Source of the DNA: Chrysomallon squamiferum
Taxonomy: Eukaryota; Animalia; Mollusca
DNA: 64,000 nt
NCBI GenBank assembly: GCA_012295275.1
Contig: CM022677.1
Coordinates: 8,308,001 to 8,372,000, forward strand
Direction: 5' to 3'
Positions 1-12,479 of this stretch are shown piece by piece (positions within the stretch are counted from its first letter, which is position 1; each line of letters begins with the position of its first letter). The notes under the pieces were generated by a model. It worked only from the letters and a program-made list of their open reading frames with translations. It searched no databases and had not been told where the DNA came from. Position numbers and translations under genes: made by a program.

Positions 1-372
1 TTATTTTAATAGTTTTTTTTTATCAAAATAATTTCATTGGTTTACAAGCAACGAAAATTAGGAAATATTGAAAACAATAAAAGTGAAAGTGAGACTAATT
101 CCTACTACCTCTCGTGACAATGGAGGTACCTGTGTCTGAACCTGGAGTGTGATTTATTTATTTTTGGTTTACTTTTTCTTTCTTTTTTTTTTTTTTTTTT
201 GGTAGAGGTTTCTACGTTTTTCTATTTTACTAATCAAATCTAACAATTTTCTGAACATTAATACAGGCACTCGAAATCAGTATAGTCAGCCACACTCTTT
301 TTTCTCTTAAGTACATATCTTTTTTACTTTCCTGTTTGTTGTATTTACTTTCACGTTTTTATTTAACATTTC

Positions 373-452
373 AGCACACCAGCAGAAGACACCCGAAAAG
401 GTGAATACACCCTTCATTTGACAACAGATGATAGAATAGGTTCAAACACTGA

Positions 453-487
<35 letters not shown>

Positions 488-2018
488 TTTGTTTTAAGAG
501 AAATAAATGTTGTGCATTTTTTACTTTTTTTATGTATTATTTTTTCAGACCATGTTTTCAGACCTATATCAAACTCTGGTAAATTCCTGGCCAGTAGTAA
601 GCAGCTTATGCAACTTATTGTAATGTGAACTGTAAGCTTTGTGATTTTATTTGGTGCATAAATATAAATAAATAAAAAAGAAGAAGAAGAAAGAAAAAGT
701 AGGGTAAAAAAAATAACAACACCGTTTATTTGAAGTTTAGGTCAATGATTGGCTAATAAAAAAAATAAATAATAATAATAATAAAAAAGAACCACATCGA
801 GTATATTTTAATAAAGGTTGTTATGTTCTTTTATTTTATTTATTTATTTTGAACTCTTTTTATTTCATTTTTTTAGGATTGTATTTTCATAAAAATGCGG
901 GATGATTGTCGAGACTTGACGGATTTTATTTTTTGTTTGACGTTCGAAGAATCTTCTACAGAACTGGTGTAATCGCATTATCATGCAACAAAAAAGTTGC
1001 TTAAAGTATTTCATTTTGTGAAGCAGACAGGTAGTACTATTAATTATTATAGTTGTTAATGAGTTTGGATTTTTTGATTTTTTTATTTAAGTATAATTTT
1101 GTGGGGCCAGTAATTAAATTTGTTTTAAAAGAAATTGACATGTGTAGCACACACCAAAGTAAACACCACACAACAACTATGTGTCAACTCACAAACAATT
1201 TTTATTTATTTATTTATTTATTTATTATTATTATTATTAATAATTTTTATTTGTATTATTATTTTTTTAATATACTAATAAAACTATTAAAAGAAAATAC
1301 ACTGATTTTGTTTGGCAGGTTGTTTTCTGTCAGTTTATTTACGATTCATTTTTTTAAAGATTTATTAAATTGCTATCCATTAAATGATATTTTATTTACC
1401 CATATTAAAGTTTATAATGGGTGGGGCCCTAAATTCTTTCATATTATTAAAGCTAAATACCTGTATAGCTCTAAGTTAACGTTAAAAATATGACCAGGTT
1501 ATTTCATATGTAGCATAAAATGTAAAATATTAATAAAATTATTTGTTATAATAATATTTAACACACACAAACAGACACCACACACATATACACACACACA
1601 GAGATAATTTATAATCATAATCACAAAAGATATTAATACACTGTACAATCTCCATGCACAAAACACTACTGAAATGATTATTTTTTGAAGTAGGTGTCTT
1701 ATGCAGATAATATGACTAATACTATGGCATCACAAAGCTATTTACATCTGTATCTACAGATAATGTACCTGGTTGACATTAATTGCTTCATGACACCTAT
1801 ATGTATTACAACATGTTCAACTAATACAGTATAAACCTATGAATATATAAGATCTTTATTATTATTATTCATTTGCTTTTTCATATCATTACTAATATTT
1901 ATTTATTTTTGATGTTTTCCAGGACCAGTTAAAATTATCATTGGTATGGATATTGCAGAAAGTGTAAGGAGAAAATATTCCAAATGAATTTAAAGAATGT
2001 TTCTATGAAAAATCAGAA
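373..2018 (+). other. Chain of short putative exons (approx. 374-400, 549-578, 877-1030, 1923-2018); non-coding or decayed
   Basis: Each block is flanked by a polypyrimidine-AG acceptor and a GT donor (GTGAAT, GTAAAT, GTAGTA, GTGAGT). No continuous ORF or recognisable domain. Confidence 0.3.
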
Positions 2019-2134
2019 GTGAGTGAATATTTTATAAATATCTTATCCTCCTACACAATCATTGACCAGAACCCCTCTGTAGAGTGCAAGTGCTGCTGGA
2101 ATACTATAATATGATGTATTGATGGTTTACATTC

Positions 2135-2406
2135 AGCTGATGCTGGTAAAAAGACTTCATCTGCTACACTGTCAATCAAAACAACTTGGTAGATGACTGG
2201 ATTGGCTGTGTGCAAAGGCAGCAGCCAGGAAGTTGAGCAGCAGGTGATGTCTCGCCTCATTCGACGGACCGAGCTAGTCCTGTACATGATTCAAAGTGGG
2301 ACGAATGCACCCAGGTCCCTGTCCCCTACTTCATCATCACAGAGTTTCAGAGAATGGATACTAGAGACTAGTGATAATGTGAACCAACAGTCTGGTGTCA
2401 AGTAAT
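2135..2406 (+). repeat. Dispersed duplicate (internally deleted copy) of the 8148-8637 segment
   Basis: Shares CTGATGCTGGTAAAAA..CTTCATCTGCTACACTG, GAAGTTGAGCAGCAGGTGA, GAGCTAGTCCTGTAC, AATGCACCCAGGTCCCT and CAACAGTCTGGTGTCAAGTAAT with 8148-8637. Confidence 0.9.
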
Positions 2407-4164
2407 GTGTCAGGCCTGTGTTAGAATGTTTTCAGGAAACAGAATAACAGAAACATTATTTATTTATAACAGTTTATTATTTTTATTATTTTATTTTATG
2501 TTGCTATTAAGAGTTTTGAAAAAATGAAATAAAGAATCAATTGACCATCTCTGTTGTTCAGATTTGACAAATACTCTTTGGGATTTGAAGTTTTTAGTAT
2601 TTTCATTTTTTGTTTAATAGATATTCTGTATTCCCTAACAGCTCTATTTAATGGCCAAACAAACCCAAACAATAATGAAGGTGTAAACTTGTATTGTCAA
2701 TATATTTGTTTTCTGAAAATTATTATTATTAGTGATTTTTTTAGAACCAGTATTATTCTGATAACTTGTTTGTTACTATTAGTGTCTTTTAAATAGTTAC
2801 CAATGATTTGGATAAATATTTGTATTTATATTCACTTAATGTTTTCTCTTGATTTCAAGGTCTGCCCTCTTTGTTTATTATATATATAATTTTTTTCTTT
2901 CTATTTTTATTTTTTATTTTCACAGAACTGACATGGGTTTCACATCATTGAAAATGAAACAGCAGTCAGCACCAACAACACCAGTATCACCATTAGACCA
3001 GAGACAAACTGACATCACCAAACCAACCACTGAAAACTCAAACTCAAACTGTGCCAAGAAAGATCCAGACACACTAGAAAAGAAACCACAAACACCACAA
3101 ATGCCAGAGGTATTTTGTTAAAAAATAATGTCTAAGAAAGAAAGGGAACAGAAAATGTTTGATCATGTGATTCAACTGACTAATCTTCTTATGACATTTT
3201 TGTTGAAAGCAGCCAGACCAAGCTTAAACTGCCACAAGCTTTACAACTCAATCACTTAGTCAGATTTAAAAATCTTTAAAAAATATTCAGGTAAATATGT
3301 CTATAAATATGTATTAGTCTATCTGTCTGTTTCTCTTTCTGTCTGCCTCCCTATTTATTTATTTTATTTCTATCTCTGCTTTTCTGTTTGTCTGTATTTC
3401 TTTCCTAGAAAATGTTCAGATAAATATGTTTATCTTTCTTACTATGTCTCTACTTACTATATACTTATCTGTTTTTCTGTCTCTATCTTTATGTATCATT
3501 TCTTATTTGTTCCTAATAATCATGTTTTTAGTTTTCTTTCTTTTTTCTTCCTTTCTTTTCTTTATGTTTTTAAAAATTATTTTGAAAGTTGTAATATTTT
3601 GAAGTATGACAAAGAAAGAAAATATATTATCTTTCTGTAAGTTCTCTTTTGATAATTCTGAAAATAAATAACTTTAGAATCAGTAATTTAAATTATTTTA
3701 AATTTATTTATAGTTTTAATTTATAAAAATGCTCTTAAAACAAGTTTTAGTAGACAGTTGATTAGTTTATTTATTTTTATTTAATTATTAATCTTTCTGA
3801 CTATCTTCTGTCTATCTATTTGATGTATGTATCTATCTATTTATCATTTATTTATTTTCTTATTATTTTTAATTTATTTAAAATATAATCATACTGAATT
3901 ACATAATATTCACATTAATTATTATTAACCTTTTCATTATTTTATGTAAAATTACAACCTACTGAATAATTTAGCGTTCTGTATTTTCATTATTTTTTAA
4001 CTAGGTTTTAAATTTATCAGGAAACACTTTTGGGCCCCAGGCTTTCCGAGCTGTGTGTTTGGCAATGTGTTCTAACACAACAGTGATCTTCCTTAGCCTC
4101 ACCACCAACAAAACAGACACTGAGAGTGCTGTGAGTAATCTTAATTATAACTGTTATAAAATGT

Positions 4165-4570
4165 TTTATAATAATAATAACAGTAATAATAACAAAAAAA
4201 TAATAACAATAACAATAATCATAATAACAACAATATTACAAACATTTACTACTACTACTGTTGCTTTACTAATACTAGAAACTATTACCACTATTACTAC
4301 AACTAGTACTGTTACTACTAATACTACAATTATTACCACTGTTACTGCTACTAGTACGATTACCACTAATACTACAACTACTACCATTGTTACTACTCTA
4401 TTATTAATACTTCAACTATTACTACTCCTGGTACTATTAGCACTAATACTACAACTACAAATTCTGCTGCTGCTGTTACTAATATAATTACTACTACTAC
4501 TACTACAACTGCTACTGCTTCTACTAGTTCTACTACTGGTATTACTACATCTGCTGTTACTACTGTTAAA
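4165..4570. repeat. Intronic (AAT)/(ACT) trinucleotide low-complexity tract
   Basis: Degenerate AAT/ACT runs; explains ORFs 4053..4487 and 4166..4387. Confidence 0.9.
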
Positions 4571-5018
4571 ACATTATGATGTCTTCTACTAACTACATTT
4601 TAATAATAAATAAGTGTTAACAATCTGTATTAATAGTTTTTACTGCTAATACACACAACCTGAGTGTTTTGTTTCTAGCACTGTGTAGTCAAAATGTTGT
4701 TGGTAAACTGGAATATTTGGATGTGTTGAGTAAATTCTCTAGGAAATGATTACTTCTCTCACTGTGTCAGGCCAGCTCTTAAAGAAAACACAAAACTTAA
4801 AACTCTTGGTTTTCTTTTTCTTATTTTTTTTAATCATGTCATTTTATTAACTTTTCTTTATCTGCCACTATTTTACTTTTCATAATAATTTCTCTATAAT
4901 TTCAGAGCTACTGATATCTACTGTGATATTATATTTATTTATTTATTTATTTATTTTCTTTCAGAGCTAAATGTGTAGGCTCCACTGATTTGAAACTCCT
5001 CTCATTGACTCTAGTAGA

Positions 5019-5340
5019 AAACACTGGACTCACAGAACTAGATCTGTCTAGTAATGGATTATCTGATAAAACTGCTCTCGCTAAACACTGGACTCACAGA
5101 ACTAGATCAGTCTAGTAATGGATTATCTAATAAAACTGCTCTCACTAAACCCTGGACTCACAGAACTAGATCTGTCTAGTAATGGATTATCTGATAAAAC
5201 TGCTCTCGCTAAACACTGGACTCACAGAACTAGATCTGTCTAGTAATGGATTATCTGATAAAACTGCTCTCTCTAAACACTGGACTCACAGAACTAGATC
5301 TGTCTATTAATGGATTATCTGATAAAACTGCTCTCGCTAA
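5019..5340 (+). repeat. Five tandem copies of a 64-bp unit inside an LRR exon
   Basis: Unit AAACACTGGACTCACAGAACTAGATCTGTCTAGTAATGGATTATCTGATAAAACTGCTCTCGCT starts at 5019, 5083, 5147, 5211 and 5275. Confidence 0.97.
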
Positions 5341-5408
5341 GGGACTGGCTGCTGCTTTAAGGGTGAGAGGAAGTTTCACAACAGTTTACTGTGTTTTTGA
5401 AAAGTGTA

Positions 5409-5990
5409 ATAGGGTCATTCCGTGTCAAATCACCCCCCAAAAAAAGAAATTTAAACCCGACCGTCTCAGATTTTTATGAAACTTGGTATACTTGTTGACT
5501 GGGATCCCACAGCACCAAGTCTGAAATATTAGCCCAATCAGACCAGTGGTATGGGAGATACGGCCAACCGAATTTTGAGATTTTTGGCAAAAATGGGCGT
5601 GACCACCAACCTTAGAACCCTCATATCTCAGCAACTACTGGGCCAATCTTCATAAAATTGGTATTGTTAGAAAACCAAAATGACAAGGATTCCAAATCTG
5701 CCATTTTTGTTTAGTTTGAAAAATACTGGAGTACCTTGACCTTTTGACCTTTACTATGACCTTGAAATTGACCATGTGGATCACGTGATCTTGAGATGAC
5801 CTTTATTGAAATTTAATCTCCCACATGTTAACTAAAACATATAAAAGTTTCCTGGGTGTAATATTTTTTGTTTAGCCACAATATAGATTTAAAAAATGCA
5901 CATACATGAAAATAACACCTTTTCAGCCATTAACAACTGATTAACTAAAACCTGAATGATCAATTCTGGATGCTAGGAATTTTCTAATTC
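5409..5990. mobile_element. Probable non-autonomous DNA transposon fragment
   Basis: Abrupt start TA|GGGTCATTCCGTGTCAAATCACCCC resembles a TIR, and internal TGACCTTG/TGACCTTT motifs are typical of invertebrate MITEs. Partner TIR not found. Confidence 0.45.
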
Positions 5991-5994
5991 CTTC

Positions 5995-6167
5995 TCTGAT
6001 AATAGTATGTGTGTATGTTTGTTTTATCAGTAGTGATAATTCCTTCTCTGATAATAGTGTGGGTATGTGTGTGTGCTGTGTCTGTGAGTGTACCAGCAAC
6101 CATGATACCTGCTGTTCTGATAAAAGTGTGTCTCTATCAGCAATAGTGATAACTGCTACTCTGATAA

Positions 6168-6216
<49 letters not shown>

Positions 6217-8125
6217 TGAGTGTATCAGCAGTAGTGATAATTGCTACTCTGATAATAGTGTGCATGTGTGTGTTTGAGTGTATCAGCAATACTGATAATT
6301 TCTACTCTGACAATATTATGTGACTGTGAGTGTATGTGTGAAAGAGTATCAGCTACTTTGATAATCTGTGTGTGTTTTTCTGCATGTATCAGCGATAGTG
6401 ATAACTGCTACTCTGATAATGTGTGTGTGTTTATCAGCAATAGTGACAACTGCTACTCTGATATGTGTGTGTATCAGCAATAGTGATAACTGCTACTCTG
6501 ATAATAATATCTGTGTGAGTATATCAGCAATACTGATAATTGCTAGTTTGAAAATAGTATGTGTGTGTATTTGTGAGTGTATCAGCAGTAGTGATAATTG
6601 CTGCTGTGATAACAGTATGTTTGTTTTATCAATAGTGATAATTTCAACTCTGAAGATAGTGTGGGTGTGAGCAATAGTGAAAATTGCTACTCTGATAATA
6701 GTGTATGTCTGTCAGTGTGTGAGCCTGAGTGTATCAGTAATAGTGGTAACTGCTACTTTGTTAACAGTATGTGTGTGTGTATCTTTGAGTTTTTCAGCAT
6801 ATGTGATAATTGCTACTCTGATAATAGTGTGTTTGTGAGTAAATCAGCAATAGTGATCACTGCTACTCTGATAATAGTATGTGTGTGAGTGTATCAGCAA
6901 TAGTGATAATTGCTAGTCTGAAAATACTGTAAGTGTGTGGATGTGGATGTATCAGGAATGGTGATAACTGCTACTCTGTATGTGTGTGTTTGTCCGCAAG
7001 TGATAACAGCTACTCTGATAAAAGAGTATAGCAGCAATAGTGATAAGTGCTACTCTGTCAATAATGTGTGTGTGTTTGTGAGTGTATAAGCAATATTGAT
7101 ATTTGCTACTCTGATAATAGTATGTGTGTGTCTGAGTGTATCAGCAATAGTGATACTTTCTACTCTGAATATAGTGTGTGTGTATCAGCAATAGTGATAA
7201 CTGCTACTCTGATAATACTATGTGGGTGTACTTGTGTTCGTGAGTGTATCATTATGCTACTCTCATAATAGTGTGTGTGTGAGTGTGTGAGTTTGTCTAT
7301 CATCATTAGTGATAACTGCTACTCTGATAACAGTGTGTGTGTATATATGTATCAGCAATAGTGATAATTTCTACTCTGATAATAGTGTGTATGTGTGTGT
7401 GTGTATCAGCAATAGTGATAATTTCGACACATAATAGTATGTGTGTGTGTCAGCAATACTGAAAATTGCTTCTGTGATAATAGTGTGTGTCTGTGAGTGT
7501 GTGTGTTTTTCAGAGTGTATCAGCAATAGTGTGTACGTTTGTGTGTATGTGTGTGAGCAATAGTGATAATTTCTACTCTGATAATAGTGTGTATGTATGT
7601 ATCAGCAGTAGTGATAATTGCTACTCTGAAAATAGTGTGTGCATGTGTATGTGTGTCAGCAATACTAAAAATCGCTTCTCTGATAATAATGTGTGTGTGT
7701 TTTGGTGTGTGTGTGTGTGTGTTTCTTCATGTATCAGTAATATTGATAACTGCTACTGTGATAATAGTGTGTATGTTTGTCTATCAGCATTAGTGATAAT
7801 AGTATGTGTGTGTATGTATATGTTTGAGGGTATCAGCAGTAGTGATAATTTCTACTCTGATAATAGTGTGTATCTGTGTATGTGTGTGTGTCAGGAATAG
7901 TGATAACTGCTACTCTGATAATAGTATGTGTGTGTATGTATATGTTTGAGGGTATCAGCAGTAGTGATAATTTCTACTCTGATAATAGTGTGTATCTGTG
8001 TGTGTGTGTGTGTCAGGAATAGTGATGACTGCTACTCTGATAATTGTGTGTTTGTGAGTGTATCATCAATAGTGAACATTTATACACTGATAATGTGTGT
8101 GTGTGTCAGCAATACTGAAAATTGC
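5995..8125. repeat. Complex minisatellite (core ATCAGCAATAGTGATAACTGCTACTCTGATAATAGT plus variable (GT)n spacer)
   Basis: Dozens of diverged copies of the core separated by GT-rich spacers; source of all Cys/Val-rich ORFs in 6.0-8.1 kb. Confidence 0.95.
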
Positions 8126-8139
8126 AGACTTGAATTGAA

Positions 8140-8637
8140 TTGAAACAATCTGATGCTGGTAAAAACACTTCATCTGCTACACTGCCAAACAAAATCACTT
8201 GGCAGATGACTGCAAAGGCTGTGCATGATGGTGGCAAAGACAAAAGCCAGGAAGTTGAGCAGCAGGTGACGTCTGAGCTTGCTGCTCTGAGAATGAAGCT
8301 GGATGAGAAGATAAAGAAAAGAGAGAGAAGAAAACAAGCTGTAGCTGCAGCAGAACAAGATGAGACTCGGGAAGGCAACATTCATGAGAGTGATGTCTCA
8401 CCACATTGATAGTTCGAAGGACTGAGCTAGTCCTGTACCTGATTCGGACAACACAATTCCAAGTTGTAAGTTGAGAGTGATGTCAGCAATATTGACAGTC
8501 CTGTACCTGATTCAGAGTGGATCAATGCACCCAGGTCCCTATCCCCTACTTCAGCATCACAAAAATCCAGTGCATTTTCCAGAGAATGGATGCAAGAGAC
8601 TATTGATAATGTGAGTCAACAGTCTGGTGTCAAGTAA
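8140..8637 (+). pseudogene. Decayed exon-like segment with coiled-coil/basic coding remnant (possibly 3' part of the LRR gene)
   Basis: ORF 8140..8409 has a charged helix (EVEQQVTSELAALRMKLDEKIKKRERRKQ) and is duplicated at 2135-2406. The link to the LRR gene is inference. Confidence 0.4.
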
Positions 8638-9169
8638 TTGAACAGCGTACATGAAAATATAATATAATAAGGAATAATTATTAAGACAACTCATGAAATG
8701 ACACAGCAGTTATAAAAATAACAGATCACACTGTGATTTTCTGTATCCTTTTACTTTTTTTATTTAATTTATGCATTTTATTTATTTATTTATTTATTTA
8801 TTTACAAATATAAAAAGGAGTAATAATTAATAACTAGAGTCAGGACAAATATATTGTGTGTTTTTAAAGGAGATGAGACTCAGTTGTACAGTGACAATGA
8901 CTTTATTCTCATAAACTGTAGATTACAGTACAGGGAAGAATGTATTGCAGATATAATAACAAAACTAAAATAGAAGTTTAACATGGAGGACATACACTCT
9001 CACATTATAGTTCTTATTAACAAACATAGCTTTTTTAATACAAATATATTTTTACTGTTAAACAATTTATTACATGAAATTATATTTAAATGTCTCATAT
9101 ATTTATCTTGTATAACTTTTCTAAGCCTTAGAATGTTTTTGACTTTTTGGGAAAGTTCTTATATGCAGC

Positions 9170-10928
9170 ACTAGGATTTTGTTGTCTGGCCTTTTCCAGA
9201 CACACTACACACCTACTGTTTGATGTTGCATGGGGAGGCTCTTTCCAGCTCATGAGGTCTGTAATCTTGGAGGTGTTTGCCTGTGTACAGATGCACTTTC
9301 ACTGGTAATAGATGGTGATAACTGCCTACAAGTTCATGGCAGAGTTTTTCAACAAACATATTGAATGTAAACATTCTTTGCCCCTGTGGATTACGCAACT
9401 GATAATGCCACACAATTACATAAGCATTATTCACAGCCCATGTAAAAAAACTTCATAATAAGACGATGTGGCCAGTTCTAATACGTCTGCCATGATGCAG
9501 CTTGATAAGTTGTCCATTTTGGTGCATTGTAACTTCGGACAGCTTTTGGACCTCCCACAGGAAGACTTCTGTGCTCTTTACTATCATATCTTTGTACATG
9601 TACTGGGGGGTGAGCTATAAATGCAGAAGTTACAAAATAAACAGGCTTTTTTTCACACCAAACAATTGCTGCTACAGTTCCATTGAACAATAGTTCAAAC
9701 TACGCCATTATGATTTAACTTTTTGATTTGTTCAGGGTTTTTTTGGAAAAAGTTTGCGATTTGTAAGTGCAGTGTCCACTAGGCAGATTCCTCTCTTTTC
9801 CAGCAAAAATTAACACAAATATACTAGTGTAGAGTCTGTCTGTAAACACACAGTAATGCTAGTCATGAAACAGTTCCAACATATGAACAACACGGTTTCC
9901 AGTCAAATAAAATGTTTCGATGTTTTCAGCATCCTTCCTGCGACCTGTATATACTTCTGCATTTGAAATGTAGCCATTCTCACTGTCACAAACTAGGAAG
10001 GGTTTGATACCCCACTTTATCAGTTTTTGTTTGATTATACTGTTTTATAGAGAGGGAGTTTTATATCAGAATCATTCCCTCGTCAAGTGACAGATTGCAG
10101 CCTGAATTTTTCCAAGAAGTGATTGAACATTATCCTTGATTTGTAAATCTTATCAGATTGTCTAACTCTGGGTCTAACTCATGTACATTATGTAGCATAG
10201 ACCATATTGCTAAAAATCTGTCTCTTGTAAACATCTGTGAAAATGCAGGTGTGATGGTCATTTTCCTTATCTCACCAAAATTGTTCATAGTAGTTCTTGT
10301 GAATAAGCATTTCCATGGCCACTCGACAGCAAAAAAATGCTTTTATCTCTATTAGTGAACTAAACGATTTTGCATGCTATTGTGAGGGGTTTTGCTTCAC
10401 TGATATGTTCTGCCTGTTTCAACAACAAACAGCTGCCACAAATCATCATTCCAGAATAACGTCAAACTGTCAGCAGGCTGCTCTCATTATTGAGTGAATC
10501 TGGAATATTTAGGATTGAATTGTTTTTCACGATACCCTCTCATTCATCCACTGACCTCAGCTGAGGATTCCGTCACACACCTCGACCACGTCCTCTACCG
10601 CGGCTGCATCCTCAACCACTACCACACCTCCTTACAGGTTGTAAAACATCACCACCTGGGCTGTGATTATCAGCAGAATCATTTTCATTTTCACCTTAAT
10701 TTGCATTCATGTTATTATTATTTGTATCACTGACAAGATCATCGTCACTCTCTTCACTTTAAAAATCACTATTATTTCCATATTCCAACACTTCATTCTC
10801 ATCCTCAGAATCTGACATTATCATTTGTAATGTCTGCTTGGTTGTCACTTTCTTACTGCTCATGTTTATGAGAAAAAATTCTCCAAAAACTGCATTTGTT
10901 TGCAAAAACATTATCGAAGCTTCCTGCA
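9170..10928 (-). mobile_element. Degenerate piggyBac transposase (PGBD-like DDD), many stops and frameshifts
   Basis: Minus-strand fragments: acidic N-terminus MSSKKVTTKQTLQMIMSDSEDENE; ITPAFSQMFTRDRFLAIWSMLH; DKIYKSR; LSLDEGMI; WGIKPFLVCDSENGYISNAEVYTGR; VWCEKKPVYFVTS; PKAVRSYN; WAVNNAYVI. These are hallmark piggyBac motifs in the expected order. Confidence 0.9.
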
Positions 10929-12395
10929 TGTTACACTCAATTGTCGAAACACTCATTTGGTCAAATGCCTGTGACCTCTAGTCATTTGGTCAAAATGAAT
11001 AAAATGTTCAATCATTTGGCTAAAGGGTATTTCTTGGGTCTTTTCTAATAACTAAACTATGTTTTATCTGTATTGAATAATCAACTACATGTAACAACAA
11101 TTTACCAGTGGATGCATTGGTGACACATACTACACACTTCATTTATTTAAACAATTTACACTGTTGTGACATCTGCTATTACACTAAACATTATTTTTGA
11201 AACAAGCACATCTCTTACTCCGACATCTCTTAGGTCCATTACAACTGCACTTGACAAAACCCTGACCACCGTGTTGAGACTCCTTTTTGTTGACTTGATG
11301 AAGTGACACACTCTTAATGTCAGATTCACTCAGGAGTCTATGAGGACATAAATCAAACTGGTGTCGACTATATTTCCCTTTCAGAATACCAGAAGGGCAA
11401 CCAATGGTATATTGTCCGTTTTCTACAGCTAATAATAACATTTAGAATATTTCTGGGATGACCATATTCCCTGTCAACAGACAGAATGGGCACAGCTATG
11501 TTATCACAAACAGCACCGTCCTTCACAATCACACAACTTCGATTAACAACACGCTCGGCTTGTTTCTGTTGTTTGGCTACTGCAAGCTTTCTTTTCTTGT
11601 CTATGCTGCTCGTTGGTTGAGTTGTTTCTGGTAAAGGTTGAGTCATTTCTAATAGAGGTTGAGTTGTTTCTGGTAGAGGTTGAGACGTTTCTGATAGAGG
11701 TAGAGTTGTTTCTGGTAGAGGTTGAGTCATTTCTGGTAGAGGTTGAGTCGTTTCTAATAGAGGTTGAGTTGTTTCTGGTAGAGGTTGAGTCGTTTCTAAT
11801 AGAGGTTGAGTTGTTTCTGGTAGAGGTTGAGTTGTTTCTGATAGAGGTTGAATTGTTTCTGGTAGAGGTTGAGTTGTTTCTAATAGAGATTGAGTGCCTG
11901 GTTGAGTTGAGCTGCTGGACAGAATGTCTAGTAAGTCATCTTCTTTCTGTAGCTTCTGGATAACATCATGTGGTAATGACGAGGAGGTCAAACCAATCCT
12001 GGCTTTGATGCTAAATAAGGTTGTACAAGGTGACTGTTTTATTCCAGCATTGAAACTCGAGTTATTGTGAAACTGAACAAATTTAACACTAACAGTCCCA
12101 TCTGCAGTATCATTCTCACTCATCCTCGCAACAAGCAAGTCTTTAATGTCATAATTCACACGTTCTACAGAACTTTAACTCTGTGTGTGGCATGGTTTAC
12201 CATGCACTATAACTAGCTCTGGCCACAACTCCTTCAAATCAGAAATGATTTGAGCTGTAAATTCAGAACTGTTGTAATATATGTGGTGCACTGAATAGCA
12301 GAAATATGTCCATGAGTTGGCAATCTGTCAAACTGAGGGCAGTCATTTTCAGAGGCATTTGACCAAATGACTGGTTTGACACATTGACTGTGGAA
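10929..12395 (-). mobile_element. Ginger-type (KRBA2/SCAN-integrase-like) DNA transposon, internally deleted, inserted in the piggyBac 5' region
   Basis: Integrase motifs EFTAQIISDLKELWPELVIVHGKP..S..SVERVNYDIKDLL, KFVQFHNNSSFNAGIKQSP, and Cys-rich C-terminus GGQGFVKCSC..RCRSKRCACFKNN.CNSRCH. Imperfect ~42-bp TIRs: TGTTACACTCAATTGTCGAAACACTCATTTGGTCAAATGCCT (10929) vs 12353-12395. Confidence 0.85.
11613..11900 (-). repeat. 21-bp coding minisatellite (ETTQPLP x ~13) inside the Ginger ORF
   Basis: Unit GTTGAGTTGTTTCTGGTAGAG is repeated and in frame in ORF 11368..12159. Confidence 0.95.
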
Positions 12396-12397
12396 AA

Positions 12398-12423
12398 CCA
12401 GCCTGGCAGGTTCAAAGGGTTAA
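12398..12423 (-). mobile_element. piggyBac 5' terminus with TTAA target site
   Basis: Minus strand reads TTAA|CCCTTTGAACCTGCCAGGCTGG, the canonical TTAA-CCC piggyBac end, upstream of the transposase once the Ginger insertion is removed. Confidence 0.75.
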
Positions 12424-12479
12424 TATATTTAACCTCTCAAGTTCAAATACATCATTAGTGATTAAACCACTCTATTCAT

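Larger units (their letters stand above)
2927..5362 (+). pseudogene. Multi-exon RNI-like (ribonuclease-inhibitor type) leucine-rich-repeat protein gene, disrupted
   Basis: Exon 4005-4130 (AG/GT flanked, 42 codons) reads VLNLSGNTFGPQAFRAVCLAMCSNTTVIFLSLTTNKTDTESA. Exon 4679-~4808 reads HCVVKMLLVN / KLEYLDV / NSLGNDYFSHCVRPALKENTKLKTL in three frames (frameshifts). Exon 4965-5362 reads AKCVGSTDLKLLSLTLVENTGLTELDLSSNGLSDKTALAK..GLAAALR. All match the LxxNxxLxxLdLsxNxl RNI-like consensus. The upstream exon 2927-3109/3290 is tentatively included. Confidence 0.8.

Noticed and set aside
100-152. Possible further PMEVD-family exon (VTMEVPVSEPGV*)
   Set aside because: Similarity is too short to distinguish from chance.
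5995-8125. CRISPR-like repeat-spacer pattern
   Set aside because: Spacers are (GT)n low-complexity, repeats are degenerate, there are no cas genes and the context is eukaryotic. It is a compound minisatellite.
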